Shown here piece after piece: positions 37,416 through 46,045 of a stretch of 64,000 nucleotides of DNA (the stretch's first letter is position 1; every line of letters starts with the position of its first letter). Source of the stretch: Candidatus Multivoradales bacterium (lineage in GTDB: Bacteria > Acidobacteriota > Thermoanaerobaculia > Multivoradales > JAHEKO01); contig CBDCXM010000009.1 of assembly GCA_965223855.1 (NCBI GenBank), forward strand, positions 416,001 through 480,000, written 5' to 3'. The notes under the pieces were generated by a model. That model did not search any database. It was not told the DNA's origin and saw nothing but the letters and a program-made list of their open reading frames with translations. A program made the translations under genes and the position numbers.

Positions 37416-38837
37416 CTACACCTGAGCGGTCTTCCACCTCCCGCGAGTGAAGAGCCAGAGCGTGAAGAGCCCGACGGACGTCTCCGAGAAGAAGACGCCC
37501 CAGAAGACTCCGGACTGCTTCCAGTCGAGAGTGATCGCCAGGTAGTAGGAGAGCGGAATCTGGATCAGCCAGAAGAAGACCAGATTGATCTTCGTCGGGG
37601 TCGCCGTGTCGCCGGCGCCGTTGAAGGCCTGGACCGCGACCATCCACCAGCCATAGACGAAGTAGGAGTAGGAGAGGATGCGCAGCCATTCGGCCCCGAC
37701 CTCGACCACTCGAGCGTCGTCGGTGAAGAGCCGGATCAGCTCTTCGTTGTAGAGGAAGTAGGCCACCGAGACGGCGACCATGAAGACCATGTTGTAGGCG
37801 CCGGTGCGCCACACCGCCGACTCGGCACGACCGGGGAGCCCGGCGCCGAGGTTCTGGCCCACCAGGGTGGCTGCGGCGTTGGACATGCCCCAGGCGGGCA
37901 TCAGGCTGAACATCGCGATCCGCAGCGCGATCGTGGCGCCCGCCACCGCCTCGCTGCCGACCCCGGCGAGGATGCGCATGAGGAGAATCCACGACGTCAT
38001 GGCGACGATCATCTGCCCGACGCCGCCGCGCGACGTCCGCAGGATGTTCAGCAGGATCGCGCTCCGCGCCCGCAGGTGAGATTTCAGCGCCCGGATGTGC
38101 CGGCTGCCGCGGAAGAGCACCCAGAGCTGCAGCGCCACACCGGTGCCACGCCCGATCGTGGTCGCGATCGCCGCTCCCTGGATGCCGAGCGCCGGTACCG
38201 GCCCGAGCCCGAAGATCAGCAGCGGATCGAGCACCAGGTTGATGCCGTTGGCCAGCCACAACACCTTCATCGCGATGGCGGCGTCGCCGGCGCCGCGGAA
38301 GATGGCGTTGATGACGAAGATCAGCACCACCACCACGTTGGTGCCGAGCATCCATCGGGTGTAGGTGTAGCCCTCCGTAAGCGCCCAGTCGTCGCCCCCC
38401 ATGAGCGCCAGCAGTTCGGGGGCGAAGAACCACCCGACGACCGCGAACGGCAGCGACGCCAGAAGACCGAGGTAGATCGCCTGCACCGCAGTCGCCCCGG
38501 CCTCGTCCCGCTTCTTCTCGCCGATTCGCCGCGCGACGATCGCCGTCACCGCCATCGCCATACCCATGGCGACCGAATAAAGAAGGAAGAGCACCGTCTC
38601 GGTCAGCCCCACCGTGGCGACCGCCGACGGCCCGAGCCTTGCGACGAAGTAGATGTCGGCGACCGCGAACGTCGACTCCATGACCAGCTCGAGGATCATC
38701 GGTACCGCGAGCAGGAACACCGCCTTGCCGAGCGGAATGCTCGTGTAGTCGGCCTCGGTACCGCCAATGGCGTCCCTGAGCTGACGCCAGAGAGAGCGGT
38801 GGGGCACGTCAGGGAGAGGGGGCGAAGGTTCCATCAT
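37416..38837 (-). CDS. MATE family efflux transporter
   Basis: LAVPMILE, FRGAGDA, NLVLDPLLIFG, VGQNLGAG; 12 TM. Confidence 0.95.
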   Translation of the reverse strand: MMEPSPPLPDVPHRSLWRQLRDAIGGTEADYTSIPLGKAVFLLAVPMILELVMESTFAVADIYFVARLGPSAVATVGLTETVLFLLYSVAMGMAMAVTAIVARRIGEKKRDEAGATAVQAIYLGLLASLPFAVVGWFFAPELLALMGGDDWALTEGYTYTRWMLGTNVVVVLIFVINAIFRGAGDAAIAMKVLWLANGINLVLDPLLIFGLGPVPALGIQGAAIATTIGRGTGVALQLWVLFRGSRHIRALKSHLRARSAILLNILRTSRGGVGQMIVAMTSWILLMRILAGVGSEAVAGATIALRIAMFSLMPAWGMSNAAATLVGQNLGAGLPGRAESAVWRTGAYNMVFMVAVSVAYFLYNEELIRLFTDDARVVEVGAEWLRILSYSYFVYGWWMVAVQAFNGAGDTATPTKINLVFFWLIQIPLSYYLAITLDWKQSGVFWGVFFSETSVGLFTLWLFTRGRWKTAQV

Positions 38838-38935
38838 CAAGAACTCGGTTTCAGCCGCAGGTCCGCCCCCAGGCGCGCGAGCGGACGCCGAACTCTACCG
38901 ACATCCACCGCCTGCATCGACTCTTCCAGTGGTCG

Positions 38936-39030
38936 GGGGATACGGTGACAGGATACCGATCACCTCTCGTTGGCAAGCCGCTCCGCGCAAGATTCGAAGT
39001 AGAAATAGGTATCCTGTCACCGTATCTCCC
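38936..39030. mobile_element. REPIN/MITE-like non-autonomous element (inverted REP doublet)
   Basis: Perfect 19-bp inverted repeats 38939-38957 and 39008-39026 with a 50-bp spacer. Confidence 0.75.
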
Positions 39031-39407
39031 GAGTTCTCGAACCTCTCGGCTTCGTCCATACCGGAACACCCCGACTCTCGGTTTTCGAGCACCCTCACTG
39101 CGAGTGGTATCTCGAGTTCCCGCCGGCACCCCTCGCGTTCGGAAACCACTACGTAGACGTATCCCAGTCCCATCTGCTGACGACCGATGCGGGAAGGATT
39201 CGCATCATCACGGCCACGCAGTCCGTCATGGACCGGCTGGCCGCAGCCGCAGCCTGGTACGAGCCTCAGTCTCTGGAGCAAGCGGTCCTGATCGCGGAGT
39301 TTTCGTCCCAAGAGGTCGACTGGACCGAGCTCGACCGGTGGGTGGCAGGTGAAGGCATAGGAGAGATGCCGGAAGTACGCGCCTTCTATGGGAGGACTCG
39401 CGGATAG
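39030..39407 (+). pseudogene. 5'-truncated nucleotidyltransferase-like (toxin-antitoxin-type) gene remnant
   Basis: 125 open codons (LEPLGF...FEHP..WYLEFPPAPLAFG...SVMDRLAA...QSLEQAVLIA...VDWTELDRWVAGEG) with no start at the 5' end; in-frame TAG at 39006 inside the REP; family call from recalled motif pattern. Confidence 0.6.
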
Positions 39408-39543
39408 GCAACGGAACGAGAGTTCAAGAAGGCCGAGCCTGAACCACCCACTCCAGAGCCCATGAGACGCTCTTCCGGACTAGCGTCGTCACGCGAGGCG
39501 TAGGCATCCCAGGGGCTGCAACCTCCCCAGCTCCGACACAAAG

Positions 39544-40722
39544 ATGAGAACGAAACAGAAGAAGTCGTTCGAAGAGGCACTGTCGAGTCATCGGCTCCGC
39601 CCTGGATGGCGCTACTTCTACCTGGCGTGCTCGGTGAGCCTCGTTGCGGCAGCGGTCTGGTTGGTTCTCGTCGATGACGATCGAGGCTGGGCCCAGATCG
39701 TGATCGGCTCGGCGTTGGGCCTCGTCGGCGTCTGGCTGGCGGTGAGACAGGGCCGAGAGACGATAGAGATCTACTCCGATCGAATCTGTGTCCAGGGTGC
39801 CTGGTGGCGGCGAGAGGTCCCCTTCTCCAAGATCGTCGGCTATCGCCGAATTCACGACCACATCGACTACTACCGGCTCCAAGTGAGGGAAGAATGGTGG
39901 TTGGACGTGGCCATGACCTACGAAGCCGTCGGAAGCCTGGAAGAGTTCCTGGTCAGCAGCTTCGTCAATCTCGATGACGAGGAGGCCACTCGCTCACTCG
40001 TCGAAATTCAGAGCAACGCTCGCCTCGGCAACACGCCACACGAGCGGCTCGAGTACGTCCTCCGAATGAAGACTCGCGCGCGGGTGATCAACGCCCTGGG
40101 GATCGCCCTGATGCTGTGGGCGCTGTTCCATCCGAGGCCCTACGAGGTCCTCATGTGGAGTTGTGTTCTGGCACCTCCGCTCGTTCTGGCAATCGTCAAG
40201 GCGGCGGGCGGCGCCCTCAAACTGGACGGTCGCGAAAGGGAGGTCATCCCCAACGTAGCCCTGGCCTTCCTGTCGCCGATCCTGGCTCTGGTGTTCCGCA
40301 GTATCGGCAAATGGAACCTGGCCTCCTGGCACCAGATCTGGATCCCGTCAGGATTCGTTGCTCTGCTGCTGGCGGCCGCTGCGTCCCGGGTGATGTGGAA
40401 GGAGAAGCGTGGCGTTCAGATCGCGGTCTGGTTCTTCTGCGCCGTCTACGGATTGGGCGCGAGTCTGACGGTCAATGGAATCGCGGTCTCCTCGCCGCCC
40501 GAGATGCTCGAAGCACGGGTTCTCGACAAGCAGCTCGACCAGGACAAGGCGTACGGCTGCCGTCTGCAGCTGAGCGCGTGGGGTCCACGGACCGAGGCCA
40601 ACGAAGTGGAGCTCAGTCGCAAGAAGTGTCCGGAGATCGAGGTCGGAGATCGAGTGAGGGTCCGGCTCTACCAAGGTCGGCTGGGGATCCCCTGGTTCAA
40701 GATCGACAATCTCGTCGACTGA
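39544..40722 (+). CDS. Hypothetical multi-pass membrane protein
   Basis: About 7 hydrophobic segments; less GC-rich than neighbours. Confidence 0.75.
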   Translation: MRTKQKKSFEEALSSHRLRPGWRYFYLACSVSLVAAAVWLVLVDDDRGWAQIVIGSALGLVGVWLAVRQGRETIEIYSDRICVQGAWWRREVPFSKIVGYRRIHDHIDYYRLQVREEWWLDVAMTYEAVGSLEEFLVSSFVNLDDEEATRSLVEIQSNARLGNTPHERLEYVLRMKTRARVINALGIALMLWALFHPRPYEVLMWSCVLAPPLVLAIVKAAGGALKLDGREREVIPNVALAFLSPILALVFRSIGKWNLASWHQIWIPSGFVALLLAAAASRVMWKEKRGVQIAVWFFCAVYGLGASLTVNGIAVSSPPEMLEARVLDKQLDQDKAYGCRLQLSAWGPRTEANEVELSRKKCPEIEVGDRVRVRLYQGRLGIPWFKIDNLVD

Positions 40723-40895
40723 TCGCGGCGGAAGATGCGCTCGCCAGGTCCCCGCAGCGACGATCAAGCTGCCCGTATCCCCCGGTCCGACGATCACCTC
40801 CCAGAGCTCTCACTCGACGCGATGTCGCCTACGCACGCCTCCCGAGCAAACAAGCCAGACCGAGCGAAGCAAAGGTCTGTCCTCCCCCGACCTAA

Positions 40896-40967
40896 GGGAT
40901 TCGCGCAGCACGGTTCGCGACTCCGTCGCGAGCCGTCTGCTCAGAATCCCGTACGCGCAGCCAAACT
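40896..40967 (+). repeat. Palindromic element plus inverted copy of tRNA-Glu 3' end
   Basis: GGGATTC...GAATCCC long hairpin; 40944-40967 complementary to 40982-41005 at 22 of 24 nt. Confidence 0.75.
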
Positions 40968-40985
40968 GAAGCGTCAGCGGAAGTT

Positions 40986-41061
40986 TGGTAGCGCGTACGG
41001 GATTCGAACCCGTGTTACCGGCGTGAGAGGCCGGCGTCCTAGACCCCTAGACGAACGCGCC
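40986..41061 (-). tRNA. tRNA-Glu (CTC)
   Basis: 76 nt GGCGCGT...ACGCGCT-A-CCA; anticodon stem CCGGC/GCCGG with loop CTCTCAC; GGTTCGAATCC T-arm. Confidence 0.98.
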
Positions 41062-41195
41062 ACGGACCGCGAAACCTAACAAAGTCGCTCCGCCGGTTGC
41101 AAGCCCGACCGGTCCCGTAACCCCTTCCCCCGGCAGGGTTTTCGCCCTACTTGCATCACCCTTCGCCGGCCTGCTCCGGTGGTATCCTGCGCGGC

Positions 41196-42740
41196 GTGAA
41201 GCGCCGGTGGTCCCTGCTCGTCGTTGCTGGTGCGCTGCTCGTCGGGCCGGGCCTGGCGCCGGAGCGCTCGGGCCTTCATGCCGCCGAGACGGAGGCGGAG
41301 GAGCGGCTGCCGCTCTACAGCACTTCCGGGGTGCTCGAGATCGCCGGTAGACGGGCTCCGCTCGCGGTGGCGATGATGCCGCTGGGGCCGCAGTTCTCCG
41401 TTCGCCAGGCGGTCGAGGCGCTCGGCGGCACCCTGACGGTCGGTCCGCTGCGACAAAGTCATGAAGTCGAGCTCGACGGCGTCGACTACCGCTTCGGGCC
41501 GGACAGCTCCGCGATCACGGTCGGGCAGGAGATCTACGAACTGCGGCAGGCGCCAGTGCGCACTCCCGAGGGGCTCCACGTGCCGCTCGAGCTGCTGGAG
41601 GCGATCTACGCCGAGTCGTCGGGCCTGAGCTTCCTCTGGTCGCCGGGGGAACGCCGCCTCATCGTCACTCGCGCCGGCTCGCAGACTCTGCCGGTGGCGG
41701 TCGACGTGGTGCATCTCCAGGGGGTGAGCACCCTGGTGCTGCAGTTCCCGCGGCGGCCGCGCTACCGGATCGACGACGGGCTCCCCGGGCGCGTGACGGT
41801 CCGCATCCTCGGCGATCGGCTCGATCCACCGCTCGCCACTCCGGCGCTCGACGAGGGGTATCTCAGGAGCCTGCGCTTCCGCGACCAGGAGATCGTCCTC
41901 GATCTGTCGAACGGCGCCGCCGCCGAGAGCTACGAGCTCTCGGACCCTTATCGTCTGGTGTTCGACATCTTCCCGGGGGCCGCGGCCTCGACCGCCGGCG
42001 GTGAAACTCCGGCACCGACGCCGCCGCGCCGCACCCGGATCCCGACGATCGTCATCGATCCCGGTCATGGCGGTAGCGACACGGGGGCGGAGAGTGCCGA
42101 CGGCCTGATCGAGAAGGACCTGACCCTGCGCCTGGCGCGGATGCTCCGCACCAGGCTGCAGTCGCGGCTGCCGATGCGTGTCGTGCTGACCCGCGACGAG
42201 GACGCCGACCTGCCGCTCGAGACCCGGGCGGCGATCGCCAACCAGCTCAAGGCGGAGTTCTTCATCTCGCTTCACCTGAACGCCTCGTTCGGCAGTTCGG
42301 CGCACGGCGCCGAGACCTACTTCCTGAGTCTCGAGGCGAGCGACGAGCGGGCGCAGGCGGCCGCCGACGCCGCCAACCTCGGCGCGGAATCGACACCCGG
42401 CAGCGGCCTGAGCGACCTCGAGCTGATCCTGTGGGACATGGCGCAGAGTCAGCACCTGGCCCGCAGCCAGCGCCTCGCCGGGATGATCCAGGAGGAGCTC
42501 AACCAGGCGCTCGGGCTGCGCAACCGCGGGGTCAAGCAGGCGCCGTTCGTGGTGCTCAACGGCGCGGCGATGCCCGCCGTCCTGGTCGAGTTCGGGTTCC
42601 TCTCGAACCCCGACGAGGTCCGGCGCCTGCGCGACCCGGAGTATCAGAGCGAACTCGCCGACGCGATCGCGCGCGCCTTCGTCCGCTACCGTGCCCCCGG
42701 CACCGTCGCGGACGGCGGCGGCGTCGAGGTTCCCGAGTGA
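41196..42740 (+). CDS. N-acetylmuramoyl-L-alanine amidase (Amidase_3)
   Basis: IDPGHGG, IEK, ISLHLNA, AVLVEFGFLSN; N-terminal signal; GTG start approximate. Confidence 0.93.
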   Translation: MKRRWSLLVVAGALLVGPGLAPERSGLHAAETEAEERLPLYSTSGVLEIAGRRAPLAVAMMPLGPQFSVRQAVEALGGTLTVGPLRQSHEVELDGVDYRFGPDSSAITVGQEIYELRQAPVRTPEGLHVPLELLEAIYAESSGLSFLWSPGERRLIVTRAGSQTLPVAVDVVHLQGVSTLVLQFPRRPRYRIDDGLPGRVTVRILGDRLDPPLATPALDEGYLRSLRFRDQEIVLDLSNGAAAESYELSDPYRLVFDIFPGAAASTAGGETPAPTPPRRTRIPTIVIDPGHGGSDTGAESADGLIEKDLTLRLARMLRTRLQSRLPMRVVLTRDEDADLPLETRAAIANQLKAEFFISLHLNASFGSSAHGAETYFLSLEASDERAQAAADAANLGAESTPGSGLSDLELILWDMAQSQHLARSQRLAGMIQEELNQALGLRNRGVKQAPFVVLNGAAMPAVLVEFGFLSNPDEVRRLRDPEYQSELADAIARAFVRYRAPGTVADGGGVEVPE

Positions 42741-43303
42741 CGCAGCGCCAGGGGATTCTCTTCGTTCTCGGCTTCGTCGTCGTCGGCATCGTGGCGGGCA
42801 CGCTGTGGACCCGCCGGGCGCGGACGGTCGGCGGAGACGAGGAAGCACCTCGGGAGCAGCTCGAGGTGGCGGTCGAAGGGTCGGTGAGCCTCTACTTCCC
42901 CGGCAGCGACGGGCGGCTTCACGAGGAGGTTCGCGGCATCGACACCGGGGTGGAGGGGGCGGCGCTGGCGGTGCGGGTGCTCGAGAACGTGTTGTCGGGA
43001 CCCGACGCCGGGGAGCTGTTCGCACCGCTGCCGGAGTCGACCACCGTCGGCGGCGCTTTCCTGGCCGCCGACGGCACCCTGTACCTCGATCTCGCCTCGA
43101 GCGAGCACGCGACCCCTCCGGTCGCGGGCTCGCAGCGCGAGATCCTGGCGGCCTACAGCCTCGTCAACTCGGTGTGCGCCAACGTGCCCGGCGTGCAGGC
43201 GGTCGCCCTGCTGTGGAACGGCGAGCAGCGCACCACCTTCGCCGGCAACCTCGACACCACCCGACCGCTGGTGCCGAACCGGCGCCTGGTGGCCGCCGGT
43301 TGA
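42737..43303 (+). CDS. GerMN domain protein
   Basis: N-terminal TM, LYFP, LYLDL, EILAAYSLVNSV; position between amidase and murI. Confidence 0.85.
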   Translation: MTQRQGILFVLGFVVVGIVAGTLWTRRARTVGGDEEAPREQLEVAVEGSVSLYFPGSDGRLHEEVRGIDTGVEGAALAVRVLENVLSGPDAGELFAPLPESTTVGGAFLAADGTLYLDLASSEHATPPVAGSQREILAAYSLVNSVCANVPGVQAVALLWNGEQRTTFAGNLDTTRPLVPNRRLVAAG

Positions 43304-44094
43304 GCGGCGCCGACGCCCCGATCGGGGTCTTCGACTCCGGCGTCGGCGGCTTGACCGTGGTCGCCGAGCTCGAGCGACGGCTGCCCGGCGAGTCGATCCT
43401 CTACCTCGGCGACACCGCCCGCCTCCCCTACGGATCGAAGTCGCCGCAGACGGTGCGGCGCTACACCGAACGCAATCTGCGGTTCCTCGCCGAGCGCGGC
43501 GTCAAGGCGGCGGTGGTCGCCTGCAACACCGCCTCGGCGCTGGCGCTCGATGAGCTCGAGACCGCGCTGCCGGTCGTCGGCGTGGTGCATCCCGGCGCCG
43601 CTGCCGCGGTCGCCGCGAGCCGCGGCCGGGTGGGAGTCCTCGCCACCGCCTCGACGACCGACTCGGGCGCCTACCCCCGCGCCATCGCCGCCCTCGACCC
43701 CGCGGTCGAGGTCTTCCCCGCCGCCTGCCCGCTCTTCGTGCCGCTGGTCGAAGAGGGGTGGCACGACGACCCGGTGACGCAGCAGGTGGCACGGCGCTAC
43801 CTCGAGCCGCTGCTCGAGCATGGCGTCGACACGCTGCTTCTGGGGTGCACGCACTATCCGCTTCTGGCGCCGACGCTCGCCGCCGTCGCCGGGCCCGCGG
43901 TCGCGCTGGTCGATTCTGCGGCGACCGCCGCTGCCGCCACGGCCGAGGTCCTGGAAGACCGGGGCCTCCTCTCGACCGGCGAATCGACCGCTTCGCACTT
44001 CTGCCTCACGGACGTCAATCCGCGCTTCCGTCAGCTCGCGCGCACGATCCTCGACCGCCCCGAGCTGACGTTCGAGTGGGTCGACGTCTCGTGA
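43300..44094 (+). CDS. murI: Glutamate racemase
   Basis: IGVFDSGVGGLTV, DTARLPYG, VACNTAS, LGCTHYP. Confidence 0.97.
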   Translation: MSGADAPIGVFDSGVGGLTVVAELERRLPGESILYLGDTARLPYGSKSPQTVRRYTERNLRFLAERGVKAAVVACNTASALALDELETALPVVGVVHPGAAAAVAASRGRVGVLATASTTDSGAYPRAIAALDPAVEVFPAACPLFVPLVEEGWHDDPVTQQVARRYLEPLLEHGVDTLLLGCTHYPLLAPTLAAVAGPAVALVDSAATAAAATAEVLEDRGLLSTGESTASHFCLTDVNPRFRQLARTILDRPELTFEWVDVS

Positions 44095-44109
44095 GCGTAT
44101 GATCCGCCG

Positions 44110-44919
44110 ATGAATCAGACCCGACCGCATGGGCGCGCCGTCGACGCACTCCGCCCTGTCGCCATCGAACTCGACCCGCTCAAGTACGCCGAGGGCTCGG
44201 CCCTCATCTCGATGGGCGACACCCGGGTGCTGGTCGCCGCGTCGCTCGAACGCCGCGTGCCACCGTTCCTGATCGACAGCGGCAAGGGGTGGGTGACCGC
44301 GGAGTACGCGATGCTGCCGCGCGCCACCTCGACCCGCAACCGGCGCGAGGTCAAGAAGGGCCGCCAGGACGGGAGGAGTGCCGAGATCCAGCGCCTCATC
44401 GGGCGGAGCTTGCGGGCGGTGTTCGATCTCACCGCGATGCCCGAGCGCACCCTGACGATCGACTGCGACGTGATTCAGGCCGACGGAGGGACGCGCACCG
44501 CCTCGATCACCGGCGCCTACATCGCCGCAGCTTCGGCACTCGCGAAGGCCGTCCTGACCGGCGACGTGGAGCGCTGGCCGCTGGCGCGGCAGATGGCGGC
44601 CATCTCCGTCGGCGTGGTCGACGGCCGGCCGTTGCTCGATCTCGAGGCGGTCGAGGATCAGGCGGCAGACGTCGACATGAACGTCGTCGCGACCGCCGAC
44701 GGCGACTTCATCGAGGTTCAGGGGACCGGCGAACGCGGGACGTTCCCACGCACCCAGCTCGACGAGCTGCTCGACCTGGCACTCGCCGGCATCGGCGAGC
44801 TGTGCCGTCGGCAGAGCGAGGTGCTCGCCGATCGGCTCGCCGAGCTGCGGGAGTTCGAGAGCCGCCCGCGGCGCAACGCCGAGCCGCGCGACGAGAAGGA
44901 CCTCTGGGGCCGACCGTAG
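44110..44919 (+). CDS. rph: Ribonuclease PH
   Basis: [43 protein letters not shown]. Confidence 0.97.
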   Translation: MNQTRPHGRAVDALRPVAIELDPLKYAEGSALISMGDTRVLVAASLERRVPPFLIDSGKGWVTAEYAMLPRATSTRNRREVKKGRQDGRSAEIQRLIGRSLRAVFDLTAMPERTLTIDCDVIQADGGTRTASITGAYIAAASALAKAVLTGDVERWPLARQMAAISVGVVDGRPLLDLEAVEDQAADVDMNVVATADGDFIEVQGTGERGTFPRTQLDELLDLALAGIGELCRRQSEVLADRLAELREFESRPRRNAEPRDEKDLWGRP

Positions 44920-44931
44920 TCGGCGGCCCCA

Positions 44932-44970
44932 GGCCCCGGAAGAACCCCCCGGAAGAGCCCCCCGGAAGAG
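44932..44970. repeat. Three tandem 13-bp units (CCCCCCGGAAGAG)
   Basis: Two perfect units 44945-44970 and one degenerate unit 44932-44944. Confidence 0.8.
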
Positions 44971-44982
44971 CCCGGCCGGCGC

Positions 44983-45990
44983 CTACAGAACGGTGCCGAG
45001 AACGTCGATCTCGAGCAGCGGCTGCAGGGCGTTGGTCGTCGGGATCGTCACCTTGCCGGAGAAGCCGCCCTTCGGCATGTCTGGATCGAGGGTGAGCTCG
45101 AGCCGGAAGCGCTGCCCCTCCTCGACCACCTCGAGCTTCGGCACGACGCCGGTGATGCTGCTCGTGACCTCGCCGAGGGAGACCGCGGTGTCGCCCAGGT
45201 TGCGCACCTCGAGCACCTGGGTGCGCGCGGTCGCCGGATCGCGGCGTCCGAAGTCGGCGACTCTCGGCAGCACCGCCACCACCGGGCGGACGAAGCCCGA
45301 CACCGGGATCTTCATCTGCCGCAGCCGCGGATGGGAGATGTCGAGCATGACGAAGTCGGCAAACCCGCCCTCGGGCGCGTTGCGATCGAGCGACACCTCG
45401 ACCACCCACTGACGGCCGGGGCGGCCGGACAGCCGCTCGTCGTCGGTCGCCTCTCGGACCTCGACGTCGACGAAACCGAGCGGCGTCCGCGCGGAGTTGA
45501 CCTGGAAGTCGCCGGGCTCCTCCGACCAGACGATCTGCTTCGCCGGCTCCGCCCCCTTGCCCCGCACGGCGAGGAAACGGGCGTAGCCGGGCTCGGCATC
45601 GACGTAGGCGCGCACGTCGGCCTTGATGACGAAATCGAGCTGTGGGTTGCGCGGGTCGCTGGTGAAGACCTGAACGCTCTTGGCCGTCGGGCCGCGCAGG
45701 CTCTTGGTGCTCAGGGTGACGGCGAGCTGCCCGGTGGCGCCCGGGGCGATGCGATCGTCGTACGAGGCGACGGTGCAGCCGCAGGCCGCCTTGACGTCGG
45801 TCAGCTCGAGGGTCTCGTTGCCGTCGTTGCGGATCTCGAAGGTCTGCTCGACGGTCTCGCCGCGGCTGACGATCCCGACGTCGACCACCGACTGGCCGAG
45901 CACCGCGCGCGGCTGGGCGCCGGCGGTTCCGACACCCCCTGTGACAAGGGCAAAGAGGGTCGCAATCAGGGTGATCGAACGTCGTCGCAT
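44983..45990 (-). CDS. DUF1573 (Ig-like) secreted protein
   Basis: Signal peptide; FEIRNDG...ACGCT...IAPG motif. Confidence 0.88.
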   Translation of the reverse strand: MRRRSITLIATLFALVTGGVGTAGAQPRAVLGQSVVDVGIVSRGETVEQTFEIRNDGNETLELTDVKAACGCTVASYDDRIAPGATGQLAVTLSTKSLRGPTAKSVQVFTSDPRNPQLDFVIKADVRAYVDAEPGYARFLAVRGKGAEPAKQIVWSEEPGDFQVNSARTPLGFVDVEVREATDDERLSGRPGRQWVVEVSLDRNAPEGGFADFVMLDISHPRLRQMKIPVSGFVRPVVAVLPRVADFGRRDPATARTQVLEVRNLGDTAVSLGEVTSSITGVVPKLEVVEEGQRFRLELTLDPDMPKGGFSGKVTIPTTNALQPLLEIDVLGTVL

Positions 45991-46045
45991 GCCGTAGAGC
46001 CTCCGACCGCCGATGCTACACTGCGCCCGTTTCGCGCCCCAACCC

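Noticed and set aside
38851-39411. Track ORFs 38851-39129, 38895-39311, 38929-39156, 38945-39352, 39226-39411
   Set aside because: Span the REP doublet with no protein-like features; the startless frame 39030-39407 fits better
40944-40967. attL/attR of a prophage or integrative element at tRNA-Glu
   Set aside because: Copy is inverted and adjacent; no integrase or phage genes in the window
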